The notes: generated by a model not told the origin, from the letters alone. Shown: positions 14,640 to 29,295, counted from the first letter of the stretch. The stretch is 64,000 nt of DNA from Octopus vulgaris (GCA_951406725.2 OX597830.1:10230001-10294000), one strand, 5' to 3'. Numbers and translations are program-made.

Positions 14640-14891
14640 GTCTACGGGGACGTAAACACACTAACGTCGGTTGTCAAGCGATGGTGGGGGACAAATAGAC
14701 ACACACACACACACATCTATATATATACGACGAGCTTCTTTCAGTTTTCGTCTACCAAATCCACTCATAAGGCTTTGGTCAGCGTGAGGCTATAATAGAA
14801 GGTAATTGCCCAAGGTGCCACGTAGTGGGACCGAACCCGGAACCACGTGGATGGGAAGCAAGCTATTTACCACACAGCTACTCCTACGCCT
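14640..14891 (-). mobile_element. SINE family B, 3'-truncated
   Basis: Head, core and internal microsatellite as in the full copies. Confidence 0.85.
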
Positions 14892-15304
14892 AGACACACA
14901 CACACACAAAAACGGCTTTTCGCCATGATGTAATGTAATCATTCATCTATTAAGAATGCCTAAGAAACAGCTGCAATGAACTGACATTTATTGGTCGTCT
15001 GTTTTCATTCATTTGCTTGTAAGATACCAAATGGATTCACGATACGTCGGACATCCTAGAGCATACCAAGCAACATATGGTCACCACGACATGCTTTTGG
15101 GCCAGCCCCTAGGCACTAAATACTCGTAGGGGTGGTTCTCTCTCTGCGCACAACCCGAATAGTTTTCTGGATATTTATTCGACTAATGGTGGCGCTCACA
15201 GGTTAACTCAACCCTACCTAGTGCATATCATTCAAGTACCCGATCCCCTCAAGAATCCTTATTATTATTATTTTTATTATTATTATTAATCATTATTTTC
15301 ATTA

Positions 15305-15568
15305 GCATCTTCCATGTCTTGCCGAGTGTCTTCCTGACACCTAGGGCAGAGAAACGTACTTTATACATTGGTAGGCCATTAAAACAAACACACCAGATTG
15401 CTCATTTACAGAGTCATGTGATAGCGAAAAGGGGAAAGACAAAGAATAAAGGGAGAAAAATAAAAAAATAAACAAATAAAATAAAGGGGAGTGAAAAGAA
15501 AATTCACATCAACAATGCTCTTCTCAATACATGTGATGTGCCAGTTAAGACAATATTTTGTACTTCAT
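15305..15568 (-). mobile_element. 3' end of an R4/Dong-like (RLE) non-LTR retrotransposon in (TAA)n
   Basis: HEVQNIVLTGTSHVLRRAL* matches the clade C-terminus LQKxxLLGTAxILRxxL; TTA repeats on both sides. Confidence 0.6.
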
Positions 15569-15595
15569 GCATCATCATTATTATTATTATTATTA

Positions 15596-15858
15596 TGGAG
15601 ATGTACTTACATAGCATGTGACCTGATCTAAGATCGTGTGCTGAAAAAAAGTAATTGTAGCGTGGAAGGTGTTTATAAGTCATTTGACAATATCTCCGAG
15701 ATGCAGCACGGAATTTTGTCAATGAACAGGTCACGGTCTCAAAGCGGCGAAAATATTTTGACAATATTTGAATGCTGAAAATATTTGAATGCTGAAGTGA
15801 ATCTAACGGTTTTTGTGTGTTTCTCAAATGGCTTATAAACACCTTCCAAGCTGCAATG
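15596..15858 (+). mobile_element. G3:C8-hammerhead family element, fold-back copy (motif 15716-15764, core decayed to AUGAACA)
   Basis: Homologous to 44197-44405; 15596-15688 is an inverted copy of the family's 3' part. Confidence 0.75.
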
Positions 15859-15864
15859 ATATAA

Positions 15865-15914
<50 letters not shown>

Positions 15915-15915
<1 letters not shown>

Positions 15916-15986
15916 CTTCTACGATAGCCTGAGGCCGACCAAAACCATGTAAGGGGATTTAGTAGACAGAAACTGAAAGAAGACCG

Positions 15987-16021
<35 letters not shown>

Positions 16022-16226
16022 TGTTTGTATGTCTGTGTTTGCCCCTACCACTACAACCGATGCTGGTGTGTTTACCTCCTCGAAAGTTAGCGGTTCGGCA
16101 AAAGAGACCGATAGAATAAGTACTAGGCTTACAAAGAATAAGTCCTGGGATCGCTTAGCTCGACTAAAGGCGGGGCTCCGGCATGGCCGCAGTCAAATGA
16201 CTGAAACAAATACAAGAATAAAAGAA
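15915..16226 (+). mobile_element. SINE family B, 5'-truncated
   Basis: Core, internal (TG)n and 3' half. Confidence 0.85.
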
Positions 16227-16285
16227 TAACATATATATTAAATTATATGTACATATATATGAATTACAGTATAGACGTGTGCATG

Positions 16286-16325
<40 letters not shown>

Positions 16326-16343
16326 CATACATAGACATATATA

Positions 16344-16660
16344 GAGGAACACTCCGTCAGTTGCGACGACGAGGGTCCCAGCTGATACGATCAACGGAAC
16401 AACTTGCTCGTCAAATTAACGTGCAAGTGGCTGAGCACTCCACAGACACGTGTACCCCTAACATAGTTCTCAGCGAGACACAGAGTGCGACAAGGCTAGC
16501 CCCTTTGAATTACAGGTACTACTCATTTTTGCCAGCTGAGTGGACTGGAGCAACGTGAAATAAAGTGTCTTGCTTAAGGACACAACACGTTGCCGGGAAT
16601 TGAACTCACGACCTTACAATTGTGGGTCGAACCTCCTAACCACTAAGCCACGCGCCTTCA
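16344..16660 (-). mobile_element. tRNA-derived SINE family D (Meta-domain-like body)
   Basis: GGCGCGTGGCTTAGTGG..GAGTTCAATTCC head; GTGTCCTTAAGCAAGACACTT..CAGTCCACTCAGCTG..AATGAGTA; second copy at 34588-34863. Confidence 0.8.
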
Positions 16661-17616
16661 CTGTACATATATACATGTATGCACATATACATATGAATTG
16701 TATGTGTGTACACTTACACATATATTTAGTCAACATCCTCGCCCCTTTAAAAAGAAAACACCCACGCTGCTGTACCGAAAACAACTCCCTTCTCTCCCGT
16801 CTCCCCTTAAAACTAAAACTAAACCCAACTACTTCATCTTCGCCCCGCCAACCCACACTTTCCCTCGCACTCACATATTTGTTGCCCCCTTTTTCTCTTT
16901 GCTTGTTGCCCTAAATTTTCTCTCTGAAAAGCTGGAGTCCTTTTGGTACTGTTTTTTTTTTTGTTTTGTTTTTTTTGCTACTTTTCTTTTTTGCCCCTTA
17001 ATTCAAATTGTTACCTAATTCTCTTAGACTCATCTTTGCATCATTCCTCATTATTTACCGAATTTTCTTTTCTATTCGTTCTTTCATTTTTCTTTTTGGT
17101 TCCCTTAAGTACGCTCCCCACCCCCACTTCAGGAACAAACATTCGCATAAATTGTTTTGTGTTTTCACAACCACAAGTACATAAATAAATAAATAAATAT
17201 TGTAGAGCATTCCCATATGACGAGTGAAACGATGATGATGATTACGATGATGATGATGATGTTGATGATTTACAAATATAACTATCACATCTGGTTCCTT
17301 GTCAGTTCCTAATCTAACACTTTCTACCAAACTCTTCTCACTCCAATGTACCAACCAACCTACCTACCTACCAACCAGCCAACCACCTACCTACCCTCAA
17401 ACACTCACCCACCCGAGCAAGGAACCAAATAACGAAGCGAATAACAAAACAACCAACCGACAAAACAGCCAGCAGTGATTACAATCTATTTTTAATAGAG
17501 AGGAACCTAAAAACAATTAATAATGATTATATGATGGACAATGAAATGATCCACCCTCTCTCTCTCTCTCCCTCTCTCTCTATCATATTTGTGTGTATAA
17601 AGGAGAGAGAAAGAAG

Positions 17617-17658
<42 letters not shown>

Positions 17659-17947
17659 GATATGGCAAAATTAGACGTTGTTTTGAATAATTGGGTGTAT
17701 GAACGTCAGATGCGACATGTTTAATAGCATAATACACAGATATTTAGTCAAATTTTAAAATATCGTCTGCAACATTACACATAACATAACAGAATTATTA
17801 TACGCTGAAGAAAAAAGAAAAAAATCCTCTGAGAATACCTTCGTCTTCCTCAAGACTCATCAGGTTCTTATATTCTCATCCGTCATTTATCGGTATTATG
17901 GAGAATGCTTCTCACGAATCACGTCAACAATATATATTCTTTTCTTC

Positions 17948-18522
17948 TCTAGGCAGAAGGCACGAAATTTTGGGGTGGAGGCCAGTCGATTACATCGACC
18001 CCGGTACGCAACGGCTGCTTAATTTATCGACCACGAAAGGATGAAAGGCAAAGTCGACCTCGGTGGAATTTGAACTCAGAACGTAAAGACAGACGAAATA
18101 CCTATTTCTTTACTACCCACAAGGGGTTAAACACAGAGGGGACAAACAAGGACAGACAAACTGATTAAGTCGAATATATTGACCCCAGTACGTAACTGGT
18201 ACTTAATTTATCGACTCCGAAAAGGATGAAAGGTAAAATCGACCTCGGCGGAATTTGAACTCAGAACGTAAAGACAGACGAAATACCTATTTCTTTACTA
18301 CCCACAAGGGGTTAAACACAGAGGGGACAAACAAGGACAGACAAACGGATTAAGTCGATTAGATCGACTCCAGTACGTAACTGGTACTTAATTTATCGAC
18401 TCCGAAAAGGATGAAAGGTAAAATCGACCTCGGTGGAATTTGAACTCAGAACGTAACGGCAGACGAAATACGGCTACGCATTTCGCCCGGTGTGCTAACG
18501 TTTCTGCCAGCTCGCCGCCTTA
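17948..18522 (-). mobile_element. SINE family C, trimeric (one head plus three ~186-bp body units)
   Basis: TAAGGCGGCGAGCTGGCAGAAACG head; three copies of the GTCGACTTTGCCTTTCATCC-type body. Confidence 0.9.
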
Positions 18523-18818
18523 CTTTATATATTGACATGTTTGAATTGGAGATTTGGTTCCTGTGATTGATAATCTATTAGAACGACTTTCATGAGATGG
18601 TACGGTCCACTTGCTTTGTCATTTAACAATAGATCCCGTGGACCTATCATCTCTGAAGATGTCCGTCAATGTGTCTAATGCTTTACTGACTTCAGCATAA
18701 ATTGCTCAGTAAACACTAAAGCGGAGTGTGTCGTTTACTAAATAAGCACATGTATATTCTGCAACTGGGTACACAAACAAGGATATGAAATTCGTTTCTA
18801 TACAAAAAATGTATATAT

Positions 18819-19195
18819 ACTCTTTTACTTGTTTCAGTCATTTGACTGCGGCCATGCTGGAGCACCGCCTTTCGTCGAGCAAATCAACTCCAGCGCGTAT
18901 TCTTTGTAAGCCTAGTACTTATTCTATCGGGTACTTTAGCCGAACACACCAGCATCGAGTGTGAAGCGATTCTGGGGGGACAAACACAGACATACAAACA
19001 TATACACACACATACATACATATATATATACGACAAGCTTCTTTTCAGTTTCCGTCTACCAAATCGACTCACAAGGCTTTGGTCGGCCCGAGGCTATAGT
19101 AGAAGACACTTGCCCAGTGTGCCACGCAGTGGGGCTGAACCCGTGACCATATGGTTGGTAAGCAAGCTACTTACCACACAGCCACTCCTGCGCCT
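18819..19195 (-). mobile_element. SINE family B, near full length
   Basis: Head to GAAACAAGTAAAAGAG tail, with an internal TA/CA microsatellite. Confidence 0.9.
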
Positions 19196-19745
19196 ATATG
19201 TTTAAAATCTTTTTGTCAGAAGATGAAGTGCAAGCACTCTGATCCGACTCGGGACTCTAATTCTGGTGTAATGACATTATCTTCAACCTGTATACGTCGC
19301 ATAAATGTTTACAAAAGAACGTAGTCCACGTGAAGGCACTTGATCTGCAGGTGTTAAACCGAGAAGCAGGTTACATCTAGCAAGAAAATGACAATGATAA
19401 AGATCCAAAAGAGTATCGAAGCGAATAGAAACATAAAATCACTTCGGTGGTCACAATGAATTAGGGTCTAAAGAGGTGAATCATAAGCGAAATTCAGTGC
19501 GCTACAAATGAACGTACATAAAAAAAAATTTTAAGCAGAAAAAAGGACAATTAGGTATGGAACAGATCTCGTCGGCTATGGAATCCTGAATCAATTTAGT
19601 TTCGACTCACCAGAGTTTTTTTGCACTGGCCAATAATGGGAAAACATTAGAAAGAAAAAGCTGTAGAATATGGGTGATAAGATACAAATAAGGAAAATTA
19701 AGGACAAAGAAAGAAAATTTCGTATATTCTTTCCAAACGCCAAAG

Positions 19746-19824
<79 letters not shown>

Positions 19825-19826
<2 letters not shown>

Positions 19827-20348
19827 ACTTATAAATAAGGGCAAACGAAAAAGTTTCTAATGCCAAATATGCCGAAATTGAACATATTGTCCATAACCAT
19901 ATAATTTTTCACAATACGCACGCTACTCGAAAAAAAGCCGACAGAAATTTCTAAAAAATTCCATCATTACCATATCGGACCGATTTCAGGGTTAGTTCGT
20001 AAGAAGTGTTTTGCTTCTTTCATGGGTATGAGTAAGTATCGCATTTATTTCTTTGCCACATTTATCACTGACGAAGGGAGGGTTCTTACGAACTAACCCT
20101 GGAATCGGTCCGATGTCGTAATAATGGAATTTTTTTAGAAATTTCTGTCGGCTTTTTTTCGAGTAGCGTGCGTATTGTGAAATATTATATGGTTATGGAC
20201 AATATGTTCAATTTCGGCATATTTGGCATTAGAAGTTTTTTCGTTTGCTCTTGTTTATGAGTTGTTTATAATTTTAACCTTTAAAGGTATTTTTTAATAT
20301 GCTGGCCATTGATAAAAAATTTTTTTCAAAAAAACGTTTATCCTATAT

Positions 20349-20352
<4 letters not shown>
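19825..20352 (+). mobile_element. Fold-back pLTR-like element (~180-bp inverted arms) in (TA)n with a hammerhead motif at 20062-20121
   Basis: 19825-20005 is the reverse complement of 20083-20264; CTGACGA-AGGG..CCCT-G(G/A)AA-TCGGTCCGAT. Confidence 0.8.
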
Positions 20353-20390
<38 letters not shown>

Positions 20391-20622
20391 ACATTTGGAG
20401 AGCCAGCCAATTTTGAATAATCTCAAGTGTTAGAGGCCGAAACTGTAATGATAATTTGGAAACTTGACTGATGAAGACAAGGCCATGAATGATCTGTCCT
20501 TGTTTTTTCTTGTCCGTCTTTGTATCGTCTATCTAACAGTATTTTTTTGTCGTCTGTTACGTTCTACTTCTATTTTTAAGAATTATAAATCTATCTATCT
20601 ATTTATCTATCTGTCTCTCTCT

Positions 20623-20685
<63 letters not shown>

Positions 20686-21303
20686 TTACCCACACTCGTG
20701 TATGTATGTATGTATGTATGTATGTATGTATGCATTATATATATATATGCGTATGTATGTATAGTAAGATAGATAGAGACAAACAGGTACTGTGTGTGTG
20801 TGTGCAAAATATTCTACATGACATATATATATTTTTTTTACGTTGGAAATATTTTTAAAGTACACTTAGCATATAACATATACCTATTTTCTTCAATTCT
20901 CATGTGAACCTTTCCTGACGAAATGATCGGTTCCTTCTGGATTTCATCGCCAATAACACCAAAAAATTAGCGAAAGTACTAGGGAATACCTATGTTCATC
21001 TCCATTAAAATGGCGGTTATTGCTTTCTAACATTGATAACAACACTGTAGATGGAAATTCATCGTGAGATCAGTAACGAGGTGAATACATGAGACGAAGA
21101 TAAACATAGGATATGTAACATATGAAACAATATAAATATATACAATGAAATATTATATTCAAAATCGTTTCCCAGATGTTTCAATTAGGTTTTAGATTTC
21201 AACATTGTTATTGTCCTTATAGTTGTTGTTGTTCTTCTTACTGTTGTACTCGTTGTTTTTGTTGTTGTTGTTATTATTATTATTGTTGTTGTTGTTATTA
21301 TTA

Positions 21304-21339
<36 letters not shown>

Positions 21340-21525
21340 CCGCAGTTATCATTATCTTTATTATTTATTGCTGTTATTTTTATATTCATGTATATATGTG
21401 TGCGCCTGTACATATGTATGTACAATTATATACATATATATATTGAATATATATATATATATCTTTAGAGGGAGAGATTTAATATATATTTCATATGTTA
21501 CATAGACGTATCATATACGTATACA

Positions 21526-21571
<46 letters not shown>

Positions 21572-22129
21572 AATATATATCCAAGCACACAAACATATAT
21601 ATGTATATGTATATATACATACTACATGCGTACACACACACACACACACATATATATATAAATATGCGCCTATGTCTGTGTGGGGATGCATTTGTATGGG
21701 TGTATGTGTGCCTGCGTTTGAATACGCAGAATTTTGTAAAAAAATATGATTTACTCAGGAAATTAATAGAGAATTTTATTTCAAAAAGATCTAGAGATGA
21801 GATAAGATTATATTGGTGTTTCTGGGTGGTTGAATTAACAAGAGGTTTTAAATGGAAGCTATTTCATAGCGTGATTCGAAACCGAATTCCAAATTCTGTC
21901 CTTGGTGATCTACACACCCAGAGTGCACTCTTTCACAGCCGCAAAGCATATACGCTTTCTAACTACGGCACCAAGATTCTCATTTAGAACAGGCATAGCT
22001 AGAGATTATGGTGCAGTCATGTTCTTGTCTAACCCCTAAATTAAGCTATTTTGGCCGACATTTTGAATAAACATAAAAGGACTCAGAAAGAACCCTTTTA
22101 AGTAGAATAGCTCTATGCCTCCTGAAGGC

Positions 22130-22560
22130 GGCGATCTGATGGAATTGTTAGCACGTTGCACACAAGATGTAGCGGCATATGTTCCGGGTTCGCATTCTAA
22201 TATAAAATTCCACCTAGGTCGAATTTGCCCTTCATACTTTCGGGATCGATAAGACAATAGCAGTTAAATATTGGGGATCGATGGAATCTACTTACTCTAT
22301 TTCCTTAAATAGCTGATCTTGTACCCAAATTTGAAACTGGTATCATACCATTTGAAGGAAGAGCAAGATAGCAGAAGAGTTAACGTGCTGGACATATTGC
22401 TTGGCGACATATATTTCAGGTTTGCATTACGAGATCGAATTCAGCAGAGGTCGATTTCACCTTTGATCCTTTTGGGTCGCTGAAATAGAACGAGTCGGGC
22501 ACTGGGCCCGATGTAATCGTCTAATCCCCTTTCCCCAAACTTCAGGAATTTTGTCTGAAC
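22130..22560 (+). mobile_element. Two old SINE family C copies in tandem
   Basis: Degenerate GGCGGCGA head and GGTCGA..CCTTT core, twice. Confidence 0.65.
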
Positions 22561-23004
22561 CAGAAATAATTATTATTCCGCGTAGAAGAAGGATACAGCG
22601 ACTCGTCGTGTGACCTGGTTTTCGATATCAGAAGTAAATTCAGTTGAACAATTTTCATCCTTGACAGGGACAGGGACAGGAAACTGATACATTTGAATTG
22701 CCAAGTACTAAGTATATCATATATACATGTGTGTGTGTGTCTGGAAATTGAGAGGGAGATATATATATATGCACATATATATGTATACATATATATATGC
22801 GTGTGTGTTTATACATACATACATATATATGTATATATATGCATATATATATATATATATATATACATATCTCCATATATATATATATATATATATACAT
22901 ATCTCCATATATATATATATATATATACATATCTCCATACTATATATATATATATATATACATATCTCCATACTTATATATATATATATATATATATATA
23001 CATA

Positions 23005-23041
<37 letters not shown>

Positions 23042-23048
23042 CTCCATA

Positions 23049-23086
<38 letters not shown>

Positions 23087-23119
23087 CATACTTATATATA
23101 TATATATATATATATATCT

Positions 23120-23185
<66 letters not shown>

Positions 23186-23227
23186 CTCCATATTTATATA
23201 TATATATATATATATATACATATCTCC

Positions 23228-23264
<37 letters not shown>

Positions 23265-23274
23265 CTCAACATAT

Positions 23275-23305
<31 letters not shown>

Positions 23306-23310
23306 CTCCA

Positions 23311-23347
<37 letters not shown>

Positions 23348-23351
23348 CTCC

Positions 23352-23390
<39 letters not shown>

Positions 23391-23395
23391 CTCCA

Positions 23396-23432
<37 letters not shown>

Positions 23433-23435
23433 CTA

Positions 23436-23491
<56 letters not shown>

Positions 23492-23495
23492 CATA

Positions 23496-23564
<69 letters not shown>

Positions 23565-23630
23565 TTATATATATATATATATATATATACATATCTATAC
23601 TTATATATATATATATATATATACATATCT

Positions 23631-23666
<36 letters not shown>

Positions 23667-23675
23667 CTCCATACT

Positions 23676-23708
<33 letters not shown>

Positions 23709-23717
23709 CTCCATACT

Positions 23718-23750
<33 letters not shown>

Positions 23751-23791
23751 CTCCATACTATATATATATATATATATATATATATCTCATA

Positions 23792-23888
<97 letters not shown>

Positions 23889-23889
<1 letters not shown>

Positions 23890-25759
23890 TATGCCAAAGA
23901 AACTACAGGTATGCCAAAGAAACAGCTACAGTGCACTGTAGAATAGGGCCACTCCTCGAAAAGGATGGCACACTTACAGGAAAACCAATGAGGGTAAGTG
24001 AAATACTGAATGAGCAATTCAAGAGTGTTTTCACTCCACCCCTTGGGCATCTCCAAATCACCAATCCAACTGACTTTTTTACCACTGCAGATATAAAATC
24101 AGAGGCGGCGACGATAGATTACATCGATATAAATGAAGACGATGTAACCAAGGCTATAGATGAAATGAAAACAGACTCAGCTACTGGCCCCGATGGATTC
24201 CCGGCAATCCTCCTAAAAGCATGTAAGAGAGTCCTAGCAAGACCACTGCAGTTCCTCTTTCAGAGCTTCCTTGCAGCTGGCAAACTTCCAGGAAAACTGA
24301 AGGAAGGTAAAATATGCCCCATTCATAAAGGAGGTAGCAGAGCGGAAGCCAAGAACTATAGACCTATCTCTCTGACCTCACACATCAGCAAGGTCATGGA
24401 ACGAATAGTCAGAAGGAAGCTGATCACCTTCCTTGAAGAAAATGACTTGCTTCCCGACACCCAACATGGTTTCCGACCAGGGAGAAGCTGTTTAACTCAG
24501 CTCCTACAACACTATGACTGGGTGCTGAAACGGCTGCTCAACCACTCAAATGTGGAAGTGATATATCTCGACTTTGCAAAGGCCTTTGATAAAGTCGATC
24601 ATGGAATGATATGTCACAAACTGCGTGATCTCAACATAGTTGGAAAACTGGGAGAATGGCTTCATGACTTTCTGAAGGATAGAAGTCAGGTGGTAGTAGC
24701 CAATGGGGCCACCTCCATTAACACACAAATAGTGAGCGGTGTTCCGCAGGGCACTGTTCTGGGACCACTACTGTTCATAATGGCCCTCTCAGACATGCCC
24801 TCAGCCACGCAGAGAGCCACGATCACAAGTTATGCAGATGATACAAAAGTTTCACAGGCAATACAGAACCCTGAGGACACTAAACACCTGCAATGTGAGC
24901 TGGACGAAATATACAAGTGGGCTGAAAAGAATAGCATGCAGTTCAATGCTGGAAAGTTTCAAGCTTTATACTATCAGCATGCAAAACTGAATGCAATACC
25001 CAATGAATACACTGGACCCGGAGGGATTGCAATCCCAGAGGCACAATCAGTGCGTGACCTGGGTATTCACATGAGTGATGACGCGACCTTTCATGTACAT
25101 GTTGCTAAACTGACAATGAAATGTAGACGGCTGGCTGGATGGATTCTTAGAACCTTTAGAACAAGAGAACAAGAAACCATGATGGTCCTCTGGAAGACAC
25201 TTGTCCTAAGCCACTTTGACTATTGCTCTCAGCTATGGTCACCATCCAGTGTCAAGTTGATCACAGAACTTGAGGCGATCCAACGAAGCTACACAAAGAA
25301 GATAGCCTCTATGCAGAATGTAAGCTACTGGGAAAGACTCAAGAGATTAAAATTATATTCCCTGGAGCGTAGGCGGGAAAGATATGCCATAATATACATC
25401 TGGAAGATCCTGGAGGGAAGTGTCCTGAACTTTGGCATCGAGAGTTACGCAAATGCCAGAACTGGGCGCCACTGCGTGGTGCCTAGGACTCCAAACCTGC
25501 CATCAAGATGTAGGACAAGATACTGTGATAGCCTGGGCTTCCGAGGCCCACAGCTCTTTAATATCCTCCCGAAGAGCCTGAGAGACCTGCATGGGGTGGA
25601 TACAGATGTCTTTAAAATGAAGCTGGATCTCTTCCTGTCGGGTGTCCCAGATGAACCAACTTCACGGCAGGAGGGGCAGATGAGGGCAGCATGCATATCT
25701 CTCATGCACCAAATATAGTTGCTAGATATATCCATGAATAACCAAGTAGCAACACCAAT
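23889..25759 (+). mobile_element. 5'-truncated non-LTR retrotransposon (CR1-group LINE), young insertion
   Basis: Sharp boundaries against (TA)n; uninterrupted ORF2 RT; very short 3' UTR. Confidence 0.92.
23931..25718 (+). CDS. LINE ORF2 reverse transcriptase, 5'-truncated (endonuclease missing; the GTG start is not the natural start)
   Basis: [81 protein letters not shown]; 595 codons with no stop. Confidence 0.93.
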   Translation: MHCRIGPLLEKDGTLTGKPMRVSEILNEQFKSVFTPPLGHLQITNPTDFFTTADIKSEAATIDYIDINEDDVTKAIDEMKTDSATGPDGFPAILLKACKRVLARPLQFLFQSFLAAGKLPGKLKEGKICPIHKGGSRAEAKNYRPISLTSHISKVMERIVRRKLITFLEENDLLPDTQHGFRPGRSCLTQLLQHYDWVLKRLLNHSNVEVIYLDFAKAFDKVDHGMICHKLRDLNIVGKLGEWLHDFLKDRSQVVVANGATSINTQIVSGVPQGTVLGPLLFIMALSDMPSATQRATITSYADDTKVSQAIQNPEDTKHLQCELDEIYKWAEKNSMQFNAGKFQALYYQHAKLNAIPNEYTGPGGIAIPEAQSVRDLGIHMSDDATFHVHVAKLTMKCRRLAGWILRTFRTREQETMMVLWKTLVLSHFDYCSQLWSPSSVKLITELEAIQRSYTKKIASMQNVSYWERLKRLKLYSLERRRERYAIIYIWKILEGSVLNFGIESYANARTGRHCVVPRTPNLPSRCRTRYCDSLGFRGPQLFNILPKSLRDLHGVDTDVFKMKLDLFLSGVPDEPTSRQEGQMRAACISLMHQI

Positions 25760-25787
25760 ATATATATATATATATATCAATCAATAT

Positions 25788-25845
<58 letters not shown>

Positions 25846-25849
25846 CATA

Positions 25850-25978
<129 letters not shown>

Positions 25979-25982
25979 CTCC

Positions 25983-26216
<234 letters not shown>

Positions 26217-26220
26217 CATA

Positions 26221-26259
<39 letters not shown>

Positions 26260-26266
26260 CTCCATA

Positions 26267-26338
<72 letters not shown>

Positions 26339-26367
26339 CACATATATATATATATATATACATATAT

Positions 26368-26805
<438 letters not shown>

Positions 26806-26909
26806 CATATTATATATATATATATATATATATATCTCCATACTATATATATATATATATATATACATATCTCCATACTATATATATATATATATATATA
26901 TATATCTCC

Positions 26910-26985
<76 letters not shown>

Positions 26986-26987
26986 CT

Positions 26988-27025
<38 letters not shown>

Positions 27026-27034
27026 CTCCATACT

Positions 27035-27070
<36 letters not shown>

Positions 27071-27077
27071 CTCCATA

Positions 27078-27116
<39 letters not shown>

Positions 27117-27119
27117 ATA

Positions 27120-27162
<43 letters not shown>

Positions 27163-27169
27163 CTCCATA

Positions 27170-27208
<39 letters not shown>

Positions 27209-27231
27209 ATACTTATATATATATATACATA

Positions 27232-27266
<35 letters not shown>

Positions 27267-27391
27267 CAAAAATTTAGATTCGAACGAATATGGTACTTAC
27301 TTTAGATGCACCAGAATTTTGTATCGTGTTATCCATAAAAATTTTCGGGGTGATTATAATCAAAATAAGCAACAAGAATGACTCCGGTAAT

Positions 27392-27477
27392 TTGGTACAA
27401 TTGTTTCGCACTACATCATTTTATTAAAAGTTGTAAGTATTACAACAGATTTAAGATGCTGAGGGCTCATCAGCCAA
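27392..27477 (-). ncRNA. Type-I hammerhead ribozyme, intact core, extended stem II
   Basis: UUGG-CUGAUGA-GC...GUUGUAA/UAC/UUACAAC...GC-GAAAC-AAUU-GUA-CCAA. Confidence 0.8.
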
Positions 27478-28339
27478 TTATAGAGGTTTTCCATTAATAT
27501 AAAAGCTTTCAAATCAAGTAGCAACATTATAGAGAAGGTAAATATACAGACAAAGATGTAGATTTAAATTTTAAGAACATATGAGGTAGGGAAGTCCAAC
27601 CACTGACTGACCAAGTTATGTCTGTATCTAACTGCTATAAGGTTAGAAGTAATAAAGATTTTTTAGTTGTAGGAATGGGGTAAAGGAGGTTTCAGAATAC
27701 CATAAAAGGAATTCAAGTTGAAGACAGTAGTGGCCACTAACAAAATGCCAAATTACTACTATTTGGTGAGAGAAACTAGGTTAATGTCAAATGGTCATTA
27801 ATCCCCTTTACAGAGAGTAGGGAAAAAGCCTATCACTTATTATTATGAGTAGGCATAGTATTTTATAACTGGGGGAAAGCCTTATTTATTTTAAAACTAG
27901 ATTAGATTTAGAAAAATTGCCAATTTCAAGTTTACAAAGAAGTTTTTTTAGTCATCTATGAAAGTTAAATTGAAAGCTAGTATAGTATGTTTCTTATTGG
28001 GTGGGTGGATGGATGGATTGATGGGTGGGTGGGATTTGGGTATGTGGATGGATGGGTGGGTGGGTGGGTTGGTGGATGGATGGATGGATGGATAAAAAGG
28101 TAAATAGATATGTCAAAGAGATAGCGAGAGACTTTAGACGGATGGATGGATGGATGGAAAGATAGGTCGAAAGATAGAGAGATGGATAGATAAGAAGTAT
28201 TTAGAATATAACCATTAAATAAGCAAATAAATAATAGCAGAAAGAAGAAAACAACAATAAGTAGAAAGGAACGCCAAAACTTAATCAAAGAATGGAAAAG
28301 TAATTCGCGAAAATAAACGATAACAAGAATGAGAAGTGG

Positions 28340-28525
28340 AAGAAAGAGGAGGAGAAAAAGGTGAAGAAGAAGGTGAAGAAGGTGAAGAAGAAGAAGGTGA
28401 AGAAGGTTGTGAAGAAGAAGAAGGTGAAGAAGAAGAACAAGAAGGTGAAGAAGAAGAAGGTGAAGAAGAACAAGAAGGTGAAGAAGGAGAAGAAGAAGAA
28501 GAAGAAGGACAACAGCAGCAGCAAC
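28340..28525. repeat. (GAA)n/GGT compound trinucleotide repeat
   Basis: Direct reading. Confidence 0.9.
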
Positions 28526-29295
28526 AAAACTAATGTAGCATAGAGCACGAATATGGAAAACCTAAGAGGAGAAACATTTAAAGAATAAGAATCACCAATT
28601 CTGAAGACAATTGAGGAAAGAATTGTGGAAAGAACCAGCAGCAGCGAGGGGGGGGAGCGATGATTCTGGGTCAACGTCTCTTTCTGTTAGGAAGGAGAAA
28701 AAAGAAGGGAGAAAGAAACGTGAGTAGGTGGATGACTGGGAAGAAGAAGAAGAAGAAGAAAAAGGTCTGTTAGCATTTAATTAGATAGGGTGCTGTTTGG
28801 GTAGATACATATGGTGGGGTGGCTGGTGGTGGTGGTGATGGTGGTGTTTGTTGTTATGTGTTGCTTGTTGTTGCTGTAGCGGTGGTATGGTGGTAGCGCT
28901 GGTTTTTGTTGTGGTGGCTGTGGTGGGGCCGATGGTAGGGGCGATGATGGCGGTGGTCGTTGTAATGTTAGTTGTGGTAGTGGGCGGTGATGGCTGGAAG
29001 TGACGGTGGAGAGGGACAGTGGAAGTGATGGTGGTGGTATGGTGCTGGTGGGGATGGTAGTGGTGGTGATGGTGGTGATGATTGTGGTAGAGGTTGTGGT
29101 CTCATAGTGATGGTAGTGGCGACGAAGTTGATGATGTTAGTGTTGGTGTTGTTGTTGGTGATGGTTGCTGTTAATGTGGTGATAGGGGTCCTCTTCGTTG
29201 TCGTGATGGCGGTGGTAGTCTTGGAGGTGGTGGTTGTGATTCTGGTGGTTGTGGTAGTGGTGGTAGTGGTGGTGGTGGTGATGGTATGGTATGGT

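Noticed and set aside
17836-17930. Possible minus-strand exon ending AG|GTATTC
   Set aside because: All three frames have stops within a short distance upstream
28336-28543. Glu/Gly-rich or Lys-rich ORFs (also 44655-45083)
   Set aside because: GAA-type trinucleotide repeats; no splice or domain evidence
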